Shown: in pieces, positions 56,470-64,000 of the stretch
Numbering within the stretch: the first letter of the stretch is position 1
Layout of the letters: every line of letters starts with the position of its first letter
Position numbers and translations under genes: made by a program
The notes under the pieces: generated by a model
Database searches by the model: none
The model's input: the letters and a program-made list of their open reading frames with translations, nothing else
Told to the model about the DNA's origin: nothing
NCBI GenBank assembly: GCA_016182485.1
Contig: JACPGH010000003.1
Span: 6,331 to 70,330, forward strand
Reading direction: 5' to 3'
Source: Candidatus Kaiserbacteria bacterium
Lineage (GTDB): Bacteria; Patescibacteriota; Minisyncoccia; Phycocordibacterales; Phycocordibacteraceae
Length of the DNA: 64,000 nucleotides

Positions 56470-58283
56470 TGAGTACGGAATACATCATAAGAGACTTCTT
56501 GGAAGTCAGATCTGCTGGAGGCGCGAGTTTTAGTCCTGACGGTACGCGGGTTGCGTATCAGAGTAACGTTACTGGCACATCCCAAGTTTTTCTTGTGCCT
56601 GCTGAAGGAGGAGAGCCCGAACAGCTTACAGATTTTCAAGACTCAGTTTCTTTCGCGCGGTTCTCTCCGACTGAGGATGTGCTCATCTTTGGGAAGGCCG
56701 AAGGCGGCAACGAGCAGACGCAATTGTATTTGCTAGATCTCGCTACCCGGCAAATCACCGAAATCACCGCAAGGCCCAATGTAAGGCATGACTTTGGAGG
56801 ATGGTCCCGAGACGGGAAGAGCATATGTTTCGCTTCGAATGAAAGAAATGGGAAGGATTTCGACGTGTACGTCATGGATATTAATACGCTCGAAACGCGC
56901 TGCATCTTCGATGGGGGAGAATGGTGCGCCGCAGAAGGATTCTCTCCACAGGCCACATACGTAGTTGTACGGAAGAAGCATTCAAATTCGAATACGGACT
57001 TGTATCTTTGCCATCTTGAGACAGGCACTGTCGACCACATCACTCCGCATGATGGGAATGTATTTTACGCAGGATCGTTTTGGCTCCCCGATGAATCCGC
57101 TTTCTTTTTTGTGCAGGATCACGCTAGAGAATTCAAGGGTCTTGCTCGCTATTCGCTCGCTGAAAGGAAATCCCAATATGTCCTTTCTCCGGATTGGGAC
57201 GTCGAAGGTGTCGCCATAGATCGGATCGGCAAGAATATCGCTGTCACGGTAAACGAGGATGGATACGAACGGGTGACTATATATGACGCAATAAGATTCG
57301 AGCCTCGCCCGTATCATCTGCCCGCAGGCAATGTCTACCAGACCAGATTTTCTGAAAGCGGTTCGCAAATCGCGTTTAGTTTAGGCGACTCGCGCCGAAC
57401 GTCGGACGTATGGATACATAGCTTGGAAACAGGAGAATCACGTCAGCTCACGCATAGTCGCCAGGGCGTTCCGCCTGAAGCGATGGTTGAGCCAGAACTC
57501 ATCCGCTTCGCGTCTTTCGACGGGCTCCCAGTCCCAGCTTTCGTTTACAGGCCGAAGGGAATCAAGCCTGGAATGAAGGTTCCGGTGGTTATTAATATCC
57601 ATGGCGGTCCCGAAGAGCAGTATCAGCCGGCATATCACCCAGTGATGCAGTACCTGGTGCACAGCGGATATACGGTGATCGCGCCGAACGTGCGAGGCAG
57701 TTCGGGCTACGGGAAGTCATATATGGCGCTCGATGATGTGGAGAAACGTCTGGATTCGGTGAAGGATGTCATTGCGCTGCGGGAATATGTTACGGGCATA
57801 TCTGATATGGATACCAAGAAGATAGCCTTGTATGGAGCAAGCTACGGCGGATTTATGGTTCTCGCATGCATGGCGTTCTATCCGCGACTCTGGGCTGCGG
57901 GAGTGAATATAGTAGGCATCGTAAATTTTGTCACCTTCCTTGAGAACACGGCCGTATATCGCCGAGCCCTGCGGGAAGCCGAATACGGCTCGTTAGAAAA
58001 CGATAGGGAGCTTTTAAGAAAAATCTCTCCTATACACTCGATCGAGAAAATTGAAGTGCCATTATTATTAATACATGGCGAGAATGATCCGAGGGTCCCG
58101 CTTTCCGAGGCAAAGCAAGTGGTTGAAAGACTTAAGGAGGCTGGAAGGCACGTTGAATTGCTTACCTATCCGGATGAGGGGCACGGAATCGTTAAGCTCC
58201 AGAACAGGCTTGATGCGTATCCAAAGGCCGTCGAGTTCTTAAATAAGGCGCTGGCATATCAACCAAGCAATGAGACCAGATAG
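56470..58283 (+). CDS. S9 prolyl oligopeptidase family serine peptidase (beta-propeller + alpha/beta hydrolase)
   Basis: GASYGGFM nucleophile elbow, ...IHGENDPRV..., DEGH catalytic His. 604 aa from MSTEY. Confidence 0.85.
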
Positions 58284-58329
58284 GAATCATATCGAATCTC
58301 TACGTTTTCTTATCATGTAAGATTCACTC

Positions 58330-59415
58330 ATGATCCACGGCCTATCTTCTGAATTAGAACGAATCTTGGCAGCGGGGAATAGTGCGCCTTCAGGCGAGAA
58401 CTGCCAGCCATGGCGTTTTGTCGTGCGTCCAGGTCTTAGTGAAATTGAAATCCATCTTCTGCCCGAGCGCGACCAGTCGCCCTATAGCTGGGGCCAGCGC
58501 GCTTCCTATCTCGCGAACGGAGCGGCGATAGAGAATATGGCCATAGCCGCTTCAAGCGAAGGGTATCGAACCGAAGTGCGGTATTTCCCTCGGGAGGAGG
58601 ATGAATGGCACGTCGCAACGCTGGCGCTCGCAAAAGACCCGACCATTAAACCTGACGCGCTCGCTTCATTCATTGGGACGCGCGTCTCGAATCGGAAAGT
58701 GTACGAGAAGAAACCTCTCGCGCGCGAGGAGCGTGCGGCGTTTCTCGATGCAGCTGCGAACGGGTACGGTGAATTCGCGCTCACCGAGGCGCCTGCAGAC
58801 GTTGAGCGGCTCGGGCGCGTCGGCTCGACAAATGAAGAAGTGATGTTGGCGAATCATTTACTTCACAGCTTCTTCTTTAGTCACGTGAATTGGACCGAGG
58901 CAGAAGATAGGGAGAAAAAAGTCGGTTTTTATATAAAGACGCTCGAGTTGCCGCCGCCAGCGGAGGCGATGTTCAAACTTTTCAGGCATTGGACGATCAT
59001 GCGCATTTTCAATGCGCTCGGATTCAATCGCCTCGTAGCGAAACAAAATGCCGCGGTGAATGCCGCTGCCTCGGCGATGGGCGCTCTCATGCTTGCCGAG
59101 ACCGATCCGCTCGATTTCGTAAAGGCAGGCCGGACTATAGAGCGGCTGTGGCTCACCGCTACCGCTCTCGGACTCTCTCTTCAACCGCTCACTGGCATCC
59201 TCTTCTTTAAATTAAAGCTCGATGCGGGCGAACACGCCGTCTTCTCGCCAGTTCAGCAAAAGCGCATATCCGACGCGTACCAGGACGTTGCCCGTATATT
59301 CAGCGCAGATGGAAAGCACATCGCCTTTATGGTCCGCCTAGGCCGCGGGGCCGCACCCTCGGCTCAGGCAATCCGCTTCCCGCTCGCGGAAGTCGTAGAT
59401 ATTCCAAGTAAATGA
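58330..59415 (+). CDS. Tandem nitroreductase-fold protein (two nitroreductase-like halves)
   Basis: SGENCQPWRF in the first half and a second ...LQPLTG half. 361 aa, about twice a nitroreductase domain. Confidence 0.65.
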   Translation: MIHGLSSELERILAAGNSAPSGENCQPWRFVVRPGLSEIEIHLLPERDQSPYSWGQRASYLANGAAIENMAIAASSEGYRTEVRYFPREEDEWHVATLALAKDPTIKPDALASFIGTRVSNRKVYEKKPLAREERAAFLDAAANGYGEFALTEAPADVERLGRVGSTNEEVMLANHLLHSFFFSHVNWTEAEDREKKVGFYIKTLELPPPAEAMFKLFRHWTIMRIFNALGFNRLVAKQNAAVNAAASAMGALMLAETDPLDFVKAGRTIERLWLTATALGLSLQPLTGILFFKLKLDAGEHAVFSPVQQKRISDAYQDVARIFSADGKHIAFMVRLGRGAAPSAQAIRFPLAEVVDIPSK

Positions 59416-59416
59416 C

Positions 59417-60040
59417 GTGACAAATATTTTCCCTAAAATTAATATCAAATATAACCGATTCCTGGATCCGATCTTTATTTTCTACTGTCAGAACAACCCA
59501 GAACTAAAGGAGCGCGGATGGAATGACTGGAAACCACCAGAAGCACCGGTGGTGTTGGACCGAGTGGAGAAATACAAAGCCGAGTGGGCAAAGGACGGAG
59601 GCGAGATCATCAAGAATGTATGCACCGTGCTCGGGCTCAGTTTTCAACGAAATATCATTGACGTTCATATTGTCAGTGGCTCTTCTCGCGGATTTAGCGA
59701 ACCAATAATACTAAAGAGCGGTTTTTCGCCCAAGGAATTTGTAGATACGCTTGTCCACGAGCTAATACACGCTTTGCTTCAGGATAATATTGAACGGGTA
59801 CCTGTCCGGATCTTATCTGATCTGTTTCCAGACGAATCAACCCTGACGAGAAACCATATAATAACTCACGCTGTCCTCAAGCATGTCTATATCGATATTC
59901 TAAAAGATAAGTCGCGGTTGGCTGAAAATATAGAGAGGTCCTCAAACGCCGATTCGCCGAGCTACAATCGCGCATGGGAGATCGTAGACGAAAGAGGGTA
60001 TCTGCACTTAATTAACGAGTTTAGAAAAAAGTATCAGTAA
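59417..60040 (+). CDS. Hypothetical HExxH-motif protein (putative Zn-metallopeptidase), AT-rich
   Basis: VHELIHALLQDN. Confidence 0.4.
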   Translation: MTNIFPKINIKYNRFLDPIFIFYCQNNPELKERGWNDWKPPEAPVVLDRVEKYKAEWAKDGGEIIKNVCTVLGLSFQRNIIDVHIVSGSSRGFSEPIILKSGFSPKEFVDTLVHELIHALLQDNIERVPVRILSDLFPDESTLTRNHIITHAVLKHVYIDILKDKSRLAENIERSSNADSPSYNRAWEIVDERGYLHLINEFRKKYQ

Positions 60041-60749
60041 AATCGGTTTCTGCAATAGAAATGTCTTTCCGGTATACCGCGTTAAATATATTTTTGTTCT
60101 GCTCTCCCGAGAGTTTCCGATTCGTTCTTTTGTATAGTTCTTCGAATTTTGGCCTGCCGAATGTTGAGATCAAGTATGCAGCAAACGCTCCCGCAAGGCT
60201 GTAAAAATAAATCGCACGCTCATCACTCGTCTCCAACCAGGCTTCATGGCGCATGAAGGTCGCGATAGGGGGATATACATTCTTTTCCATACCTCCGCGA
60301 ACATATTCCATATGGGGTTTGCCATCCCACGCATGCCCAACCATCCACTCGGCCAATCCTTCTTGCAGGAATCCTATGGAAAGGCCCCAGGGCAATGATA
60401 GGAGATGCGTATCTTCGTGAGGTCCGATAACGCGATCTTTCTCGGTATACAGAGCATGGATCGAGAAATCTTCATAGATTGACTGCGCGAACCAGGGACT
60501 ACCCATAAGTTGTTCCTTAGTTCTTGAATCCGGGTAGAGGTAATAGAATATCTTTTTCTCAGGGGCGGCCAATCCGAGAAACTGGAGTATCTTACGAAAA
60601 TATTCCTCTTGGACAATGATGATCCGTTCGATTTCTTTTTCTGCAAGACTGTCTTTGAAAAAACAAAATCGATAATGTGTCGAATCCCGTGTTTCCCATG
60701 CCGCGTCCTTGAAGGCAGTGCTATAGCCAGGCAGGTGCTGTTTACCCAT
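60021..60749 (-). CDS. Hypothetical HExxH-like protein (HEDTH)
   Basis: GPHEDTHLLSLPWG. 242 aa. Confidence 0.35.
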   Translation of the reverse strand: MGKQHLPGYSTAFKDAAWETRDSTHYRFCFFKDSLAEKEIERIIIVQEEYFRKILQFLGLAAPEKKIFYYLYPDSRTKEQLMGSPWFAQSIYEDFSIHALYTEKDRVIGPHEDTHLLSLPWGLSIGFLQEGLAEWMVGHAWDGKPHMEYVRGGMEKNVYPPIATFMRHEAWLETSDERAIYFYSLAGAFAAYLISTFGRPKFEELYKRTNRKLSGEQNKNIFNAVYRKDISIAETDFTDTFF

Positions 60750-61254
60750 GACCCATTTTGGCCCCGATCTGCAAGGCCCGGCGCATTAGGTGGTCGCCGA
60801 TCTCGCCCCAGTCAAAATATCGCCTGTAATCCTGCGGGTCGATGAGTTTAACTTCGGTAATATCGCCGTCAGGGTCTTGCAGGAAGGGGCCGTAAGGTTC
60901 GACGAGGCAGACGGAACGCGTCTGCGAAACTACCCGGCCGGGCTCGAATATGTCCTGGAAGCCGATAAATCGCTGTTGCAGTACTCGCATATTGGTCTCT
61001 TCTTTTACTTCCCGCTCTACCGCGTCGCGCAGGAGCTCGCCCTCTTCAACGCCGCCACCGGGCAGCGTCCAATAATGTTTGCTCGGCGCGTACACGACTA
61101 CCATTTTGTCCTTGTGGAAGCAATAGGCATGCACGCCGCTGACTCTCCTATGACTTTCAATATCTTCTTCGTTCTCTATGTCTCGATAGATTACCTTTAG
61201 AACTTGGCCCGCCCGGTTTGTCAGTGTGGATTGTATCTCCATAACACTTATCAA
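60742..61254 (-). CDS. NUDIX hydrolase
   Basis: NUDIX box GGGVEEGELLRDAVEREVKEETNM. Confidence 0.8.
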   Translation of the reverse strand: MISVMEIQSTLTNRAGQVLKVIYRDIENEEDIESHRRVSGVHAYCFHKDKMVVVYAPSKHYWTLPGGGVEEGELLRDAVEREVKEETNMRVLQQRFIGFQDIFEPGRVVSQTRSVCLVEPYGPFLQDPDGDITEVKLIDPQDYRRYFDWGEIGDHLMRRALQIGAKMGHG

Positions 61255-61262
61255 TTAGTATC

Positions 61263-61889
61263 CTAATAGTTTTTTACTCCTATCGCCTTAGCTATCGTTT
61301 TTATGTCCGGGAACGACGATTCGTATGCCGGATCAACTGCCGCGACCGCGCTCGCAGGCGCCTTCTGCATCATTTTCTTGCCCGGGAAATAGCGCTCGAC
61401 GAGCAGGTCGACGAGGCGCTCCTTATGCCAGTGCGGAACACCGAAGGCCTTTATGTACGTATCTATTGCCATATGCACTATCTCGTGTGCGGCTACGGCG
61501 GCAGATTTTTCTATGTTCTCCGCCATACGCAGGACGATCAGCGAGCGAGCTGGGTTGTATCCTCCGCCGGTGCCGTACTTGGTAAGTACGATCTCATACG
61601 CGTCCTTCAGATCGAAGGACGACACTTTCTTCATCTCCGCGAATCCTGGCTGAAATGCTGGCCAAACTGCGAGCAGTTGCTGTGCGTAGGCGCTATATGC
61701 ATCTAAGTCGTACTCTTTCCGCACCGCATTCGCTACGTCTTCATCGGTAGAGTCTTTAGTCACGCCGGAGGGCAAGCGGATATTCTCTGCCGGATATCCC
61801 ATTTGCAGGTACCAATCGTACTTGCGGACGACCCCGCGTACGGTCGAAATCTCAGCCTCAAGTGAATGGTTGATGGTGGCCGTAATCAT
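61263..61889 (-). CDS. Hypothetical HExxH-motif protein (HEIVH)
   Basis: AAVAAHEIVHMAIDTY. 208 aa. Confidence 0.4.
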   Translation of the reverse strand: MITATINHSLEAEISTVRGVVRKYDWYLQMGYPAENIRLPSGVTKDSTDEDVANAVRKEYDLDAYSAYAQQLLAVWPAFQPGFAEMKKVSSFDLKDAYEIVLTKYGTGGGYNPARSLIVLRMAENIEKSAAVAAHEIVHMAIDTYIKAFGVPHWHKERLVDLLVERYFPGKKMMQKAPASAVAAVDPAYESSFPDIKTIAKAIGVKNY

Positions 61890-62048
61890 GCTGTAATCAG
61901 CTCGGCAATAATCCTATTATCGTAGCATCGTCTGAAGATCCTCCGCTAATTTATCATCCGTACAACCATCTTTGACACCTTACTTAATATAAGGTACTGT
62001 CTCATTGGAAGAGTGGCACATTAAAGCAAGAAAAGAGGGGAAACTGAG

Positions 62049-63215
62049 ATGACAAGAAAGAAAGTTCTTAAACTACGGAGAGAGTGTTTTGGCGGAACTA
62101 TCTTCGATATCACTTCAGGCAGAAGGGCGTATGTAGACCGGACTGAGTTTGAGCGCATCAAGTGCCATCGTGGCCTAGACGCGCACCTGATGGCGGAACT
62201 CGGCATGAACGGGTCCATTGATGTCACGACGCCAGCATGGATACCGGACTTCAACTTCAGTGCACCTGATACGGTCTTCTTTGAAGTCACCCGAGCATGC
62301 AACTTGCGCTGTAGCCATTGCCTCAATGCGTCGGGAGTTCGGTCCATGGATGAACTGACTCAGAAACAGCGTTTGTCGATGATCGACGACCTCGCGGAAA
62401 CGGGTGTCCAAGAAATCAGGTTCACCGGTGGCGAGCCGATGATCCTCGATGGTCTCGGGGAATTGCTCGCACGCGCCACCGCTCTCAACCTGAGAACCTC
62501 CATGGGAACCAACGCTGTGCTGGCTACGGAGAAGAACGTTCACAGGTTTGCGCGATTCCTTCACATGGCTATCGTCAGTATAGATGGAATGGAAGATCGA
62601 CATGACTCGATCCGAGGGCGCGGAGCTTTCAGAAGGACGATGGCTGGAATGGAGAATTTCCTGTCATATAGCATCAAGGTCAGGGTGAATACCGTCATCA
62701 TGCGGTCAGGTATCCATGATACTGTCGCATTGGCGGAGCATCTCTACAACCGAGGCATCCCGCTCTTTGTCAGGAGGCTCGTGCCCTCAGGAAGGGCAAC
62801 CGACATGTTGAGCGAGGTGCTGAATAAGGAAGAATACGAGCAGGTCTGCGTCCAGTTGAAGCCCTACCTCGCGGATCCGAGAGGACTGACTCAGGGACAT
62901 TACCTGAATGAAAGAGCGCTGGAAACCAGGATACGTCTCCCATTCCGAAGAAGTAGCTGTAGCGCCGGTCATAGAGGAATGGTGACACTGCCGAACGGAA
63001 ATATGCAAACATGCGGCTTTCTCGGATCGCTTGGTGAACCATCGGTTGGGAAAGTACCGGACGAGTCTTTGGCGACCATATGGAAGAGGTTACTAGTCTC
63101 TAACCATATCGCATCGCTTGAAGATAATCTGGCCATCCATAACCAATACTCCACGGGCCCGTCCACGAACTGTCTCGCGATCGCGCTCTCGTCACGAATA
63201 TGTACGCCACCATAG
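62049..63215 (+). CDS. Radical SAM enzyme with C-terminal SPASM/twitch-like Cys cluster
   Basis: CNLRCSHC (CxxxCxxC), ...FTGGEP..., C-terminal CSAGHRG...C...C. About 90-aa N-terminal extension (possible RRE). Confidence 0.75.
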   Translation: MTRKKVLKLRRECFGGTIFDITSGRRAYVDRTEFERIKCHRGLDAHLMAELGMNGSIDVTTPAWIPDFNFSAPDTVFFEVTRACNLRCSHCLNASGVRSMDELTQKQRLSMIDDLAETGVQEIRFTGGEPMILDGLGELLARATALNLRTSMGTNAVLATEKNVHRFARFLHMAIVSIDGMEDRHDSIRGRGAFRRTMAGMENFLSYSIKVRVNTVIMRSGIHDTVALAEHLYNRGIPLFVRRLVPSGRATDMLSEVLNKEEYEQVCVQLKPYLADPRGLTQGHYLNERALETRIRLPFRRSSCSAGHRGMVTLPNGNMQTCGFLGSLGEPSVGKVPDESLATIWKRLLVSNHIASLEDNLAIHNQYSTGPSTNCLAIALSSRICTPP

Positions 63216-63226
63216 GAGAGTGAATC

Positions 63227-63766
63227 ATGATCGTCGGCCTAGTCGGCCTCCACGGCAGCGGCAAAAGTAACTTGTCGAGCCTTCTCGAGAAGGAATTCGG
63301 TTGGGTCACAGTAAATAAGCGAGTAATCCTGGAGAGGGTCTTCTCGAGAGACTTTCCGTCGCCAGAGAATCCCGAGTCAATCGACTGGTACCGCAGTATG
63401 TATAAATCATACGGCGTGTCGAGACTCATGGAACTTGTTCTCGGGGAGGTACCGAAAAATGCCAATGTGGTGCTTGACGCCATCCACAATCCCCGGGAGT
63501 GGTCAGTTGTCAAAAAAGAGTCTCCTTCTTCGATGCTTGTGGCTGTATTCTCGCCTCAGACCACTAGGGATACACGGAATAGCCCACAAGACGCATGCCT
63601 TGACCAAAAGAGGGTTTCTTATTGGCATGACGGCGATAGCGAGCTGGAAGCGTGTCTGCTATCAGAGGTCGAGTGGGCCTTCACTGGAGTTCACCCCACA
63701 GAGTTGCTACGGGCTGAATGTGCAGAGTTCATAAAGTTCCTCAAAGCCTCTGGATGTGTTCGTTGA
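63227..63766 (+). CDS. P-loop NTPase / small kinase-like protein
   Basis: Walker A GLHGSGKS at the N-terminus. Confidence 0.5.
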   Translation: MIVGLVGLHGSGKSNLSSLLEKEFGWVTVNKRVILERVFSRDFPSPENPESIDWYRSMYKSYGVSRLMELVLGEVPKNANVVLDAIHNPREWSVVKKESPSSMLVAVFSPQTTRDTRNSPQDACLDQKRVSYWHDGDSELEACLLSEVEWAFTGVHPTELLRAECAEFIKFLKASGCVR

Positions 63767-63822
63767 CCTCACAACTAACCCCTTGGTACACTATTGTACC
63801 AAGGGGTTCGCAATTTTTGTAC

Positions 63823-64000
63823 ATGCCTGGTACCCAAGAACAAGCTCGAGAACAAGTGAAGAAGGCTGGCGCGATAGTTCTGCGTCCTGATTATTCTGCG
63901 CAGATAGTCCTTGTATATAGGGCGAAAGAAAGGGACTGGTCCTTTCCAAAGGGACATGTTGAGGAAGGCGAGACTCCTTTGGCCGCTTGCCTGAGAGAAG
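63823..64000 (+). CDS. NUDIX hydrolase, N-terminal part (3' end outside window)
   Basis: RPDYSAQIVLVYRAKERDWSFPKGHVEEGETPLAACLRE is the start of a NUDIX box. Preceded by a perfect 12-bp-stem hairpin at 63786-63813. Confidence 0.6.
   Translation, partial: MPGTQEQAREQVKKAGAIVLRPDYSAQIVLVYRAKERDWSFPKGHVEEGETPLAACLRE

Overview
High-GC (~60%) bacterial window with the gene content and order typical of a Candidate Phyla Radiation (Parcubacteria-like) genome. Standard code is assumed; TGA behaves as a stop.

1) 1-8 kb: a complete type IV pilus/competence-pilus cluster. It holds a pilB 3' end, a CheY-like response regulator, pilT, pilC, two tandem major pilins with nucleotide-identical N-termini, prepilin peptidase pilD, and four minor pilins. 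The last minor pilin carries a glycine-rich C-terminal domain.

2) 8-15.3 kb: housekeeping genes ligA, gatC, gatA, a membrane protein with an R-x4-H (HEPN-like) motif, and a P2-type cation ATPase.

3) 15.3-25.4 kb: a rearranged, lower-GC accessory segment. It contains a tRNA-Met(CAU) with its promoter and a GIY-YIG protein. An IS481-family transposase has truncated an ABC-F ATPase gene. Two identical 142-bp direct repeats (18403 and 22079) bracket a cargo segment: a beta-lactamase-fold protein, a HAD hydrolase, a truncated copy of a tRNA-binding (CsaA-like) gene, and an HhH-GPD-like protein. These are followed by ITPase, HIT, an alpha/beta hydrolase, intact csaA, a GDSL hydrolase and cspA. A family of tRNA-T-arm-like elements (GGAATCGAAC core) recurs six times.

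4) 25.7-30.3 kb: glycosyltransferases, a glycogen-debranching-like enzyme, and a DUF72 protein.

5) 30.3-35.8 kb: a non-homologous end-joining locus. LigD is split into a phosphoesterase ORF and a ligase-polymerase ORF, and Ku is present. A diversity-generating retroelement (DGR) sits between them. Its target gene has a C-terminal variable repeat (VR), and a template repeat (TR) differs from the VR almost only at adenines (TR AAC codons become TAC/CGC/CAC/TGC/AGC/CTC in the VR). A bAvd-like accessory gene lies on the opposite strand. The reverse transcriptase is frameshifted and truncated, and a G11 homopolymer sits at the divergent Avd/RT starts. This is the most interesting system in the window.

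6) 36-43 kb: csoR with two TACCC/GGGTA operators, copA, and a membrane thiol-disulfide / Cys-rich cluster (DUF1573, CcdA, a CPIC protein, a CC..C..H protein, SHOCT).

7) 43-53.5 kb: an ECF sigma / anti-sigma pair with a poly-Asp secreted protein, a D-2-hydroxyacid dehydrogenase, a UDG-like protein, eno, pps (with a palindromic 3' insertion), glycerate kinase and DoxX.

8) 53.6-64 kb: a possible peptide/small-molecule modification cluster (PaaK-like adenylating enzyme, ThiF/E1-like, S9 peptidase, tandem nitroreductase). It is followed by three unrelated HExxH proteins, two NUDIX genes, a radical-SAM/SPASM enzyme and a P-loop kinase.
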